Source: Octopus vulgaris (taxonomy: Eukaryota). Taken from it: a stretch of DNA of 64,000 bases. Numbering within the stretch: position 1 is the first letter of the stretch; the number at the start of each line of letters is the position of its first letter. Positions 25,069 to 36,950 of this stretch are shown one piece after another. A program made the position numbers and the translations under genes. The notes below the pieces were generated by a model. That model worked only from the letters and a program-made list of their open reading frames with translations. It was not told where the DNA came from and searched no databases. The stretch is from NCBI GenBank assembly GCA_951406725.2, contig OX597815.1, positions 119,350,001 through 119,414,000 of the forward strand, given 5' to 3'.

Positions 25069-27856
25069 CAGAGTATGCGACAGAATACTTAAGATTAGAT
25101 TAGCGCTTCATCATAGTGTAGCAACCATTATATCAGCCTATGCTCCTCAGTCAGGGCTACCTGATGGACAGAAAGACCGATTCTATGACACTCTACTGCA
25201 GACTACCTCGTTGACGAACGACAGAGACCTTCTCTTTGTGGCTGGTGACTTCAATGGTCACGTTGGACGATATGCTGGGGGCTTCCATGGCGTACATGGA
25301 GGCTATGGCTCTGGTTCCCGCAACGAGGAGGGAACCAGGCTGCTGGAGTTCTGCAATGCAAATAATCTTATGATTTGCAACACTAACTTCAGGAAACCTA
25401 CCAGCCACTTAGTCACCTACCGATCGGGCCAACATACCAGCCAAATTGACTACATCCTTGCCAGGCAAAGGGAGAGATGGCTACTTATAAATGCCAAAAC
25501 CTTCCCAGGCAAAGAATGTACCCCACAACATAGACTGGTAGTTAGTGACTTTAGGATCAGGAGTAGGAGGACAACCAGAAGACGACCAACATGGAGAAGA
25601 AGGATCTGGAAGCTTAAGGATCCTGCGAATGGACAGAGATTTAGAGACATGTTACTTGAAGCCTTTGACGAAGTAGTAGGGGATAGAGTATCACATGGGG
25701 TAGAGGGCAACTGGACGTTTCTAAGGGACAACCTGCTGAGAGCCACTGACCAGATCTGTGGCTGGTGCAAAGTCCCCTCTTGTCCCAAGGTAACGTGGTG
25801 GTGGAACAGTGTTGTAGACAGGGCTATTAGAGAAAAGAGACAGACTTGGAAGAACTGGAAGAATGGGGGTAGCAGGGAATTGTATCAGACTGCTAAAAGG
25901 GAAGCTAGGAGACAGGTCTATCTAGCCAGAGGGGAAGCAGATAAGAAAAAATTTGCCAATGTTCTGCGCCGTGAGGACCAAAGACTGGAGGTGTTTCGCG
26001 TTGCAAGACAGTGTGTGAGAGAGAATTGTGATGTGGTAGGAGAGAAGTGTGTTCGCATGGAAGATGGTTCACTTGCGCTAAACGAGGATGCAAAGAGAGA
26101 GGCTTGGAGACGCCACTATGAAAGGTTGCTGAATAAAGAAAATGAATGGGATAAAGAGAGTCTGCCGAACGTTGACCCAACAGAGGGACAAGCTATCAGG
26201 GTTGATAGTTCCATGGTAGCTAAGGCAATTAGAAGTATGAAGACAGGGAAAGCCCCAGGCCCATCAGGTATCACTGCAGAGATGCTCAAAATATCTGGTA
26301 GTGTCGGCTATAGCCTAGTCACCTGTATAGTTAATCAGGTGATACATGAAGGAGTCATACCCAATGACTGGTGTAGCAGCATAATAGTCAACTGCTACAA
26401 AGGTAAAGGTGATGCCCTAGATACAAATAATTACAGAGGTATCAAGCTGTTGGATCAGGTGATGAAGGTTACAGAGAGGGTCATAAGCCAACTAATTAGA
26501 GAGAGAGTGAGTTTAGATGAGATGCAGTTTGGGTTCGTGCCAGGGAAAAGTACCACTGATGCTATATTCCTGGTAAGGCAGCTGCAGGAGAAATACCTAG
26601 CCAAAGATAAGCCCCTGTACCTGGCTTTTGTTGACATGGAGAAAGCATTCGACAGGGTCCCCCGATCCCTCATCTGGTGGTCAATGAGGAAACTAGGAAT
26701 AGATGAATGGTTAGTGAGAGCTGTGCAAGCCATGTACAGGGATGCTGCTAGTAAGGTGAGGGTTGGCAATGAGTACAGTGAAGAATTCCGGGTAGAGGTA
26801 GGGGTCCACCAAGGTTCAGTCCTCAGCCCCCTCCTATTTATCATAGTCCTCCAGGCAATAACGGAGGAATTCAAGACAGGATGCCCCTGGAAGCTCCTCT
26901 ATGCTGATGACCTTGCTCTAATTGCTGAGTCATTATCAGAACTGGAGAAGAAGTTTCAGGTGTGGAAGCATGGTTTAGAATCGAAGGGCCTTACAGTCAA
27001 CCTAGCTAAAACCAAAGTCGTAATAAGTAGGAAGGTAGACAAATCACAAACGCCTTCAGGTAGATGGCCCTGCTCGATCTGTAGAAAAGGTGTAGGTAGA
27101 AACTCTATAAGATGCACCAAGTGTAAGCTATGGACACATAAGAGGTGCAGCAATGTCATAGGAAGGCTAACTAGGAAGATGGTTTTTGTATGTGGCAGAT
27201 GCTCGGGAGCATTAACCTCTGAAAATCTGCAGAAAACAACTTCCGTCACTTTCCAGGGGGAAAAACTAGAAGTAGTTGATAGCTTCCGTTATCTTGGTGA
27301 CCAAGTCAGTAGTGGGGGTGGGTGTGCTGAAAGTGTAACGGCTAGTGTAAGAATAGCCTGGGCAAAGTTTAGAGAGCTCTTACCTCTGTTGGTGACTAAA
27401 GGCCTCTCGCTCAGAGTAAAAGGCAGACTGTATGATGCATGTGTACGAACAGCTATGCTACATGGCAGTGAAACATGGGCCGTGACTGCTGAGGACATGC
27501 GTAAGCTCGCGAGAAATGAAGCTAGTATGCTCCGTTGGATGTGTAATGTCAGTGTTCATAGTCGACAGAGTGTAAGTACCTTGAGAGAAAAGTTGAACCT
27601 AAGAGGCATCAGATGTTGTGTGCAAGAGAGACGATTGTGCTGGTATGGTCATGTGGCGAGAATGGATGAAGATAGGTGTGTGAAAAAGTGCCACACCCTG
27701 GCAGTTGAGGGGACCCGTGGAAGAGGTAGACCCAGGAAAACCTGGGTCGAGGTGGTGAAACACGACCTTCGAACTCTAGGTCTCACCAAGGAAATGACCA
27801 GAGACCGAGACCTATGGAAGTATGCTGTGCGTCAGAAGACCCGGCAAGACCAGTGA
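25067..27856 (+). CDS. RTE ORF (N-terminally truncated): AP endonuclease, reverse transcriptase and PHD-like zinc finger
   Basis: Frame is open from 25067 (IRVCDRILKIRL...SAYAPQ) through the listed 881-aa ORF. APE motifs GDFNGHVG, SQIDYIL, QHRLV. RT motifs KAPGPSG, YRGIKLL, QFGF, FVDMEKAFDRV, GVHQGSVLSPLLF, LYADD, FRYLG. RTE C-terminus RGRGRPRKTW. Confidence 0.95.
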
Positions 27857-27902
27857 GAACAATCAAAATCAAATCATATATCAGAAAGCAGGGGTTAAGT
27901 GA

Positions 27903-28514
27903 CCCATCTGTTCGTGTCCACTGTCAGCCTCATCTGGCACCCGTGTCGGTGATATGTAAAAGCACCAATCGCTCGTGGCCGTTTGCCAGCTCTGTCTGGC
28001 CCCCGTGTCGGTGGCACGTAAAAGCACCACCCGTTCGTGTTCGTTGCCAGCCTCGCCTGGCCCCGTGCCGGTGACACGTAAAAGCACCGTCCGTTCGTGG
28101 CCGTTTGCCAGCTCTGTCTGGCCCCGTGTCGGTGGCACATAAAAGCACCATCCGTTCGTGTCCGTTGCCAGCCTCGGCTGGCCCCCGTGCCGGTGACACG
28201 TAAAAGCACCGTCCGTTCGTGGCCGTTTGCCAGCTCTGTCTGGCCCCGTGTCAGTGGCACGTAAAAGCACCATCCGTTCGTGTTCGTTGCCAGCCTCGGC
28301 TGGCCCCCGTGCAGGTGACACATAAAAGCACCGTCCGTTCGTGGCCGTTTGCCAGCTCTGTCTGGCCCCGTGTCGGTGGCACGTAAAAGCACCATCCGTT
28401 CGTGTCCGTTGCCAGCATTGCCTGGCCCCTGTGCCGGTGACACGTAAAAACACCATCCGTTCGTGGCCGTTTGCCAGCTCTGTCTGGCACCTGTGCAGGT
28501 GGCACGTAAAAAAC
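27903..28514 (+). repeat. Minisatellite of ten ~60-61-bp units in alternating A/B order inside the RTE 3' UTR
   Basis: Units end in CACGTAAAAGCA. The type with GTGGCCGTTTGCCAGCTCTGTCTGG alternates with the type with GTGT(T/C)CGTTGCCAGCCTCG(C/G)CTGG. Confidence 0.92.
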
Positions 28515-28982
28515 ACCCACTACACTCGCGGAGTGGTTGGCGTTAGGAAGGGCATCCAGCCGTAGAAACACTGCCAAATCTGACTGGGCCTGATGAAGCC
28601 TTCCGGCTTCACAGACCCCAGTTAAACCGTCCAACCCATGCTAGCATGGAAAGCGGACGCTAAATGATGATGATGATGATGATGATATATATGTATGTAA
28701 ATATCAAAAGAAGGATTGATGGTCCTTCTTGAATCATAGGTTCATAAGGCTGGTTTTCCAGATTCTGAAGTGTTTTGTTCAAAAACACAACACATCACCC
28801 AACCTGGAATCGAAACCACAATCTTATGATCATGAGTGCAACACCCTAATATGCCATGCCCCTCCACTATATGCATACACCCCACCACTCACATGCATGC
28901 ACACACACATGCACACAAACACATACGTGTTCGCACATATGTGTCTCTGTGCATGTGTGTGTGCATGTGCGTGCCTGCACGT

Positions 28983-29021
<39 letters not shown>

Positions 29022-29562
29022 AGTGTGTTTAAAAGTTACTGTTCACTATTCACCCGCATGCACATGCACTCTCATATAGGCGATCATTCATGAAGCTGAA
29101 ATGCTGTATGTTTTTCTTGACTAATTTTGGCACAGAACAGTTTTTACCTCATCACTTATCACATGACCCAACTGACTTATCAGTAGTGCCAATCCTCTCT
29201 GGTCACATGACCCTTTCACATAGACATCAGAAAGAACACGATACACTGACAATCAGATGAGCACATCATTGGACATCACTACAATACTTCGCTCTTGAAC
29301 ATCGCTTGACTACTTCACATTATTCAACTCGTGCTACATCTTCACAATGCAAAGCCTACTTTTCAGTAGATATAAAAGGAAAGTGATCTTCTCTTCAGTA
29401 GAGATGCAAACATTCTCAAGTGCTAGATGAAAAGCTCTTAAAGGTAATTACATAAATATTCTACTTTATGTTACTTTATTTCATTTCAGTTCATTTTCTT
29501 GGAAATTTTGAAAACATTTTCTGCCTGAATATAAATAAAGATACAATTCATTGTTGCTATAA

Positions 29563-29613
<51 letters not shown>

Positions 29614-29659
29614 ATATACATGTATGTATGTATGTATGTATGTATGTATGTATGTATGT

Positions 29660-29862
29660 GTTCCCCCAGCTGGACAGGACACCAATCCATTGCAGTGTTA
29701 CTTAAGAAACAGGAAGAAAGTGTGAAAGAAAGTTGGGGCAAAAGAGTACAACAGAGGTCATGACACCCCCTCCGCCGGAGTCTCGTGGAGCTTTAGGTGT
29801 TTTCGCTCAATAAACACACACAACGCCCAGTCTGGGAATCGAAACTGTGATCCTCCGACTGC
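29660..29862 (-). mobile_element. tRNA-derived SINE, third family (partial)
   Basis: B-box-like GTTTCGATTCCC on the minus strand. Shares CTCAATAAACACACACAACGCC with 1483-1570. Confidence 0.65.
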
Positions 29863-29876
29863 ACATAAATAAATTT

Positions 29877-29920
<44 letters not shown>

Positions 29921-29921
<1 letters not shown>

Positions 29922-30050
29922 TTATTTTATAGAAGGAGCTTCTACAGGACTAGAACTGTTTCATTCAAAAGAAATCACCAGGAAGCTTCCTGATGATTTC
30001 TTTTGAATGAAACAGTTCTAGTCCTGTAGAAGCTCCTTCTATAAAATAAA
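29921..30050. repeat. 130-bp palindrome (one mismatch, no spacer)
   Basis: Centre GGAAG|CTTCC at 29985/29986. Arms pair fully except C29978/A29993. Confidence 0.95.
29984..30034 (+). ncRNA. Type I hammerhead ribozyme motif, complete core
   Basis: AGCTTC-CTGATGA-TTTCTTTTGAAT-GAA-ACAG-TTCTAGTC-CTGT-A-GAAGCT. 6-bp stem I, 4-bp stem III, GUA triplet with predicted cut after 30028. Stem II is closed by U.U rather than G-C. Confidence 0.8.
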
Positions 30051-30116
30051 TTAATTTACTCTGCTATGTATTGAGTACCTTATTTACTGCGGTTAACCCC
30101 GACTCAACCCGGGACC

Positions 30117-30218
<102 letters not shown>

Positions 30219-30845
30219 AACAAAATTTGGGGGTTTACTTCACAGGTGATCCTAAATGATTAGGTACGCTAGGTATCTGGTGTAATGGATTACTAGGGCT
30301 CCAAGCTTATTGCCAAGATGGTAGTTATGGAGTCATTGCAGATTTCCAACATAACAGATATATAATTGTTAAAGAGGACAACAAATGTTAAGTCAAGGCA
30401 AACATCTCAAGTCATGTATATTTGAATTTTTGCTTTTCTGATAAAAAAAAATGTATATGACTTGAGATGTTTAACATTGAGATGACTTAACATTTGTTGT
30501 CCTCTTTAACAATTATATATATATATAATTGATGATAAATCTTTAGTTAAATATATTCAATGAGAATATTATATAATGAATTTATATTCAGTGCTCTATT
30601 GTATCAAAGTATTAATACTATTAAAGTAATTATATATTTAATACGAGCGATTATATATATTTTATAATATATTATTATTAATATCAGGAAATCAATATTA
30701 GGAAAATTCTTCAGAAAGATATATACATATGTAAAATAATTGTTGTATTAAAAATATAAATATATATAAATATATGTAAAAATGTATAAGTATAAATATA
30801 TAATGTATATGACAGTTTAAAAGTTTTGAATTAAGTTTTTAGAGC

Positions 30846-30935
30846 ATCTTACGATCGTTTCACAGAAGTGCTGTCCCTATAATGAAATCCTATATTGATA
30901 AGCATTTATAGACAACTCTTCTGCTCTTCAGAGAT
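30846..30935 (-). ncRNA. Type I hammerhead ribozyme motif, complete (left arm)
   Basis: Mirror image of 33741-33830. Predicted cut between 30850 and 30849. Confidence 0.8.
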
Positions 30936-31464
30936 ATAAAATTTGAATTTTGTATAATATATCGAAGGGTATTTTTTTAAATATGAAGTAATACTAGAAA
31001 ATGGTGTTTGTTTGAAATATAAATTAAAAATTAAAAATTGCTGCTTTTGATTTTGGTAAGTACACTTTAGTATGAGAGCCTTTAAATCCATATATGCTTC
31101 CTTGGTTAGTCTTCTGTAATAATCCATAATAGTTATGTGTAAAATCCATTATATTGTCCTATATTCCAAATATAGTTCATAGACTTAGATAATATAGAAT
31201 AATGGAATCCTATATTGATAAACAATTATAAGATAACTCTTCTGCTCCTCAGAAATATCAAATGTGAAATTTGTATAATTTGACGAATGGTATTTTTTTT
31301 TTTAATTATAAAGTAATATGGGAAAATGGTGTTTGTATAAAATATAAATTAAAAATATAAATTGAAAAATTACTGCTTTTGATTTTGGTAAGTACACTTT
31401 AGTATGAGAATCTTGAAGTTCATATATGCCTCCTTTGTAATTCTTCTGTAGCAATCCATAATAA

Positions 31465-31727
31465 TCTGAATATATAAAAGGCAGGATGTTTGTGTGTGTA
31501 TGTGACTGTAGTTTATGCACATCCACAAAGTAACACGCATGTTGCCCAAATTTTAGGAGGACATTCGTCATGATCCTAGCTGAATTTTTGCCAAATTATT
31601 TCCCCGAGGCACCAGCAAATAGCAGTAAAAATAATTTTGGACCATAACTTCTAACAATTTTCAAGTTGGAGAAATACACCATATTTGCAAATATGAGTTA
31701 AGTCCCCTTCTAGCGACGGTGTAAAGA

Positions 31728-31775
<48 letters not shown>

Positions 31776-31932
31776 AGATTTTTTAAATTTCATCTTTTTA
31801 GTAGGTGATTGACAGGCAAAAACAGACAGACAGGGGTTGTTATGTATGTATGAATGGCTTCAGTCACACACACACACACGAACATGCATGTGTACAAAAT
31901 ACATGTATGCAATGCGTGTGCGTGTGTTGCCC

Positions 31933-31989
<57 letters not shown>

Positions 31990-33170
31990 ATATAAACAAT
32001 ATTCTCCGTTTCTCCACAACTAATTTCAAAATTAGCTGAATCCGTTGCTCTACTCATAGCGTCATATAGCTGGTCATGCATGAACATGGGAGAGAGCAGA
32101 AGTTACCAGAGCAAAAGTCCTAAGAGTTGACTGTAGACACGCTCCTTCACAAACGATCAGCTATTATTTTATAAACAATGTTTCGAAACTGTTCATGTTT
32201 TCGAAAGGAGAGATCTTACTCTCACATCTCTGCGGTAGAAGGTAGGCCTCTCTATTCCTCTTACAAAACTTATGTCTGGGTGCCAAATTTGCTTCAATTG
32301 ATGATATTAGTGGTGTAGGGGTGGTGGTGGGACAGGGGCAGGTGCAAGGACATACAAAAAACATGTATGCAATAGGTGTATATACGTATATGTTTGTGTG
32401 TGTGTGTGTTGCCCATATATACATATATATACTTAGTTGTGATCTGAACATAACTGCTTCTCACACAGAGACTCGGGGGCCCTTTCGGGCATTCTATTTT
32501 CCTTGCTGAAAGGGTTCCCAACCCATGGGCAAAGGAAGGGGTTACATAATGGGGGTGGTATTTTCAAAAGGGTTGGCATATGCAACCTGATCACCTCTGT
32601 CAATCTAATTCCCAACTCATGTGCTCCTGTCATGACACTGATTCTGCAGAACTGGGTTGGGTATGAAAACCAACTAAATATTGATGATTTTGAATCAGCA
32701 ATGTTGTGTTCATTTAAGTCCTATTTGGGGTGAAAAATCAATAAGCTGATTCCTTATGAGGTTTTCCATTTAATCAGGATAAAAAAGAAATGATAAACCG
32801 ATTCCTTTTAGGACTACCCACTAAAATTGGCTACACCCCATTTTCAACCATAACTTTTACCAATTTTGATGTATTTTGTTCAAACTTGATGCAAGCATTA
32901 CTTAGGACTCATGGGATCTTTGAATGCTTTAAGTTCTCCAAAAACGAAAAAAAAAAAAGCAATCGATGAGTGGAAAAAATCGATAAACCGATTCCTAATG
33001 GAATTTCCCAATCAAATTATCTGCAACTCATTTTCAGCCAAAAGTTTACCAATTTCAACGAATTTCACTCAAATTTGATGTCAATGTTACTTAGTTTGGT
33101 TTGAAATAAAGAGCTTGATTAGCTTAATAATCCTAACTTGATCCCGAGCAAAGCTGGGCTATACTGCTAG
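31465..33170 (+). mobile_element. Non-autonomous Helitron (1.7 kb)
   Basis: A|TCTGAATATATAAAA 5' end; CCCGAGCAAAGCTGGG hairpin plus CTATACTG-CTAG|T 3' end. The flanks rejoin to match the uninterrupted paralog at 31121-31190. Confidence 0.85.
31990..32140 (-). pseudogene. Helitron RepHel (Pif1-family helicase) C-terminal remnant
   Basis: PMFMHDQLYDAMSRATDSANFEI...ETENIVY matches the P.F.HGQLYVA.SR...T.NIVY consensus. Confidence 0.75.
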
Positions 33171-33740
33171 TTATGCATAAAACCTATTATATTGTCCTCT
33201 ATTCCAAATATAGTTCATAGACTTAAATAATATAAAATAAAGTTATGTATGAAATTATATGTGAAGTTATAAAATTATAAATTGGTCAAAATATTTCTTT
33301 TGTATTTTTCTTTTTATAATTGGAAGATGCCAATTAAAATTTTTAGATTTTTAAATTTAATGCAATTATAACTGTCCATTTATTATAGATTAGATGTGCA
33401 CGGGTTCTAATTCTAAGAATATCTATTCAATCTTTATTTAATGTATAATTTATATGATGTAAATGTGTGTATAGTCAAATAATTTTAATTAATTTATCTA
33501 TCAATCTATTTGTAAGTATCTCTCTATATTTTGATATTACAAATAGGAAAAATCTATATATAGTCATTAATTTAAATCTTTATTAGATCTCCTATAATAT
33601 TTAAAGGTTTTATAAAACCTATGTCTACATGTAGAAAGTGCTTCTGATTGACAATTTATTTCAAACAAACACCATTTAATAGAATTACTTCATATTTAAA
33701 AAATTATCTTTTGATATATTATACAAAATTCAAATTTTAT

Positions 33741-33830
33741 ATCTCTGAAGAGCAGAAGAGTTGTCTATAAATGCTTATCAATATAGGATTTCCTTATAGG
33801 GACAGCACTTCTGTGAAACGATCGTAAGAT
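33741..33830 (+). ncRNA. Type I hammerhead ribozyme motif, complete (right arm)
   Basis: ATCT-CTGAAGA-GCAGAAG.GTTGTC...GACAGC.CTTCTGT-GAA-ACGATCGT-A-AGAT. Long stem II, palindromic stem III, predicted cut after 33826. Confidence 0.82.
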
Positions 33831-34148
33831 GCTCTAAAAACTTAATTCAAAGCTTTTAAACTGTCATATACATTATATATTTATACTTATACATTTTTAC
33901 ATATATTTATATATATATATTTTTTTAATACAGCAATTATTTTACATACGTATATATCTTTCTGAAGAATTTTCTAATATTGATTTCCTGATATTAATAA
34001 TATATTATAAAATATATTAATAATTATAAAATATATATATAATTGATGATATATACATATATGATGATGATGATATATATATATAATGGAAATAATTACT
34101 GCGAAGCATTGTGTAGCATATATTGATATTCTACACTATAGACCATGA

Positions 34149-34401
34149 GTAAGGCCAAAACAATGTGAAGTAAATGCACGGTAAACCACAAGAAACCAAA
34201 TATGTGAATTAATGTAGACTTACCTTGTATTTAATATTTCAGGATTATCACACACACCCACACACACGAACATCGGCAACATTCGTCTTGAAAATGGGGT
34301 CATAACCTCAAAATATTGAATACAGGTTAAGTCTACATTTATTCACATATTTGTTTTCTTGTGATTTACCTTGCATTTACTTCGCATTGTTTTGGCCTTA
34401 C
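34149..34401. repeat. Inverted repeat with ~100-bp arms and ~55-bp spacer
   Basis: GTAAGGCCAAAACAATG...AATATTT versus AAATATT...CATTGTTTTGGCCTTAC. Confidence 0.85.
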
Positions 34402-34780
34402 CCTTGATCTTTTATGCAATATATATGTATCCAGAAGACCGAAGATAGCTGGTAAGGTTATGTAAGTGCTACAGGAGGACCATAGTCAGACTCTCAGTTT
34501 GATAATATGAGTGAGGTGTCTAATGCGGGTCTTGTGAGTCTGTATATGTTAAATAAATACTTGTAATAACAAAATATGAACTCCTATCAGAATCTACATA
34601 CCACGGACAAGAAGCATTTCTACCCATTCTATACAGCACTTTCTTTGGATAATGGAACTGTATATATCTTTATTTTATTTCTATTCTCTTATTTCCCTTT
34701 ATACTTCCTATATCTGTCTTTTTCCAAAATAACTCCTTATTGAACTCTACTATTTCCCTCTAGTTAACTCTCTCATATCA

Positions 34781-34826
34781 TCTCTGATGAAGGGATATCC
34801 CTAATATCCCTAAAACAGCTGTAAGA
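34781..34826 (+). ncRNA. Hammerhead motif with one core mutation (GAAA to AAAA)
   Basis: TCT-CTGATGA-AGGGATAT/ATATCCCT-AAAACAGCTGTA-AGA. Same family as 1811-1860. Confidence 0.6.
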
Positions 34827-35158
34827 CTACATTTCTCTTTATAAATGTCCTATAGATTCCATGTAGCCTTGGCCTTGTTGTCTCATTTTATTTAACACAC
34901 ACACACATAAATATTCCTGCAATTTTGTGGGTGGAAGCTCATTGATTTCATCAATCCCAGCGATCAGCTAGTGTTTATTGCATTGACCCTGAAAGAAGGA
35001 AAAGCAAAGTCAGCCTTAGCAGAATTTGAACTCTGAATGGAGAAATTGTTATAAAGCATTTTGTTCAACATGCTAACAATTTTGCCAGCTCACTGTATGT
35101 GTGTGTGTGTGTGTGTGTGTTAGAACAAACTACACCGTGGAAAATACTTTGGGAGAAA

Positions 35159-35216
<58 letters not shown>

Positions 35217-35451
35217 CATACATATACATTAAAGTTTGTTTTTATGTTGAGTTACAATAAAAACAATTTTACATTAAAGTGAAGGATTGCTCAATACTTT
35301 TTATAGAGTACATATTTATTATTCTTTAAGAAGAATAGTATTGAAAATGTCTTTGGAGTTTCAGCCTGCTTAGCCCTCATCAGACAATCTGATGAAGGGC
35401 TGTAACTTCAAAGTCACTCTCAACACTATTCTTGTTAAAGAGTGATGTATG

Positions 35452-35527
<76 letters not shown>

Positions 35528-35864
35528 AATTATATACGTTTTTATTATTTTTTGGCACTTTACTTAATCATTGGTATTTTATTATTTTAATTTTAATATT
35601 TCTATTACATGTAATTTTCTAGATGGTGTAATTTAATTATACATTTTAAATTGATAAAAGGTGGTTTTTTTCTAATTTATATATATATATATTATATTGT
35701 GTGAAATTTGATTTAGTATTTCTAAACTGAATTTTTTCCCTGTAAGTTAGGATTAATATTCCCTCAAATAATTATTATATATATATATACATATTCTTTA
35801 TTTGTAAATTAAGACTACCATTGGTTTTTTGTTAAGAAAAGTAGGAAAATATCCTTGCGTCGTA

Positions 35865-36105
35865 ACACCATTTGAGCATGGCCGTTGCCAGTACCGCTAG
35901 ACTGGTCCTTGTGCCTGTGGCACGTAAAAGCACCCACTACACTCTCGGAGTGGTTGGCGTTAGAAAGGGCATCCAGCAGTATATAATCTGCCAGATCAGA
36001 TTGGAGCCTGGGGCAGCCATCTGGTTCGCCAGTCCTCAGTCAAATCGTCCAACCCATGCTAGCATGGAAAGCAGATGTTAAACGATGATGATGATGATGA
36101 TGATG
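35865..36105 (+). mobile_element. RTE 3'-end fragment with (GAT)n tail
   Basis: Homologous to 28460-28685. Confidence 0.85.
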
Positions 36106-36857
36106 ATTATGATACAACAGGCTTCTTTCAGTTTCCATCTACCAAATCCACTCACAAGGCTTTGGCCAGCCCAAGGCTATAGTAGATGATACTAACCCAA
36201 GGTTCTATGCAGTGGGACTGAATGTGAAACCATGTGGTTGGTAAGCAAGCCACTTACCACGCTTTTTTTTCTTTTTAGGAATCCAAACAAGGATACAGGC
36301 CTTTGAAAACATATGGAAAAAGGAAAAGTGATGTTCGTCTTTGCGGAAACATGAGAAAGGACAAGAGGTAGGTAAAAGAAGAACTGAAATGAGAAATAAA
36401 ATAAAGAGTTGCATCCCTTTGGCCTCTTCCAATCAAAATTAATATGGTTGGTGTATTCAATAGCTAAATATAAATACCTCATGATTCCATTTAGTCATAG
36501 CAGTACCAATAACCAGTTTGTTAGAATTCAATATAATTATATTTCACAGTATTAGTAAGGTCCAGGAGACACTTCATTAAAATGGCTCTGAACAAGCTAT
36601 AAGATATTGCTTTGACATTCAACTTTTACAGAAACAGCTGTAAGCTAATGAAAAGGATTATTTAACTCCTGTTCTTTTACCATTCATTCATTAATTAATA
36701 TATGTCTTGATATATACATGTGTATGTGTGTGTGTTTGTATGTAATGTATATATACACATGTAAATGTGTCTATATTTAAATATATATATGTACGTATGT
36801 ATATAAATATATACATATGTATGTATGTATATGTGTGTGTGTGTGTGTGTGTATGCA

Positions 36858-36950
36858 TGTATGTATGTATGTATGTATGTATGTATGTATGTATGTATGT
36901 ATGTATGTATGTATGTATGTATGTATGTATGTATGTATGTATGTATGTAT
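36858..36950. repeat. (ATGT)n microsatellite
   Basis: Directly visible in the sequence. Confidence 0.95.

Larger units (their letters stand above)
25067..28685 (+). mobile_element. 5'-truncated RTE-clade non-LTR retrotransposon
   Basis: ORF, then ~830-bp 3' UTR, then (GAT)n tail. The 5' end abuts (TA)n in the middle of the endonuclease domain. Confidence 0.95.
30655..34017. mobile_element. PLE-derived element with ~370-bp inverted arms (pLTR-like), interrupted by a Helitron
   Basis: Arms 30655-31025 and 33653-34017 are reverse complements. There is an internal tandem ~330-bp repeat. Minus-strand DYYRRLTKEAY resembles the final GIY-YIG helix. Confidence 0.75.

Noticed and set aside
27903-28514. 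CRISPR-like regular repeats
   Set aside because: Units are contiguous with no unique spacers and no cas genes, and they lie in a eukaryotic LINE 3' UTR.
27881-28516. 211-aa and 182-aa repetitive ORFs
   Set aside because: Antisense translations of the GC-rich minisatellite.
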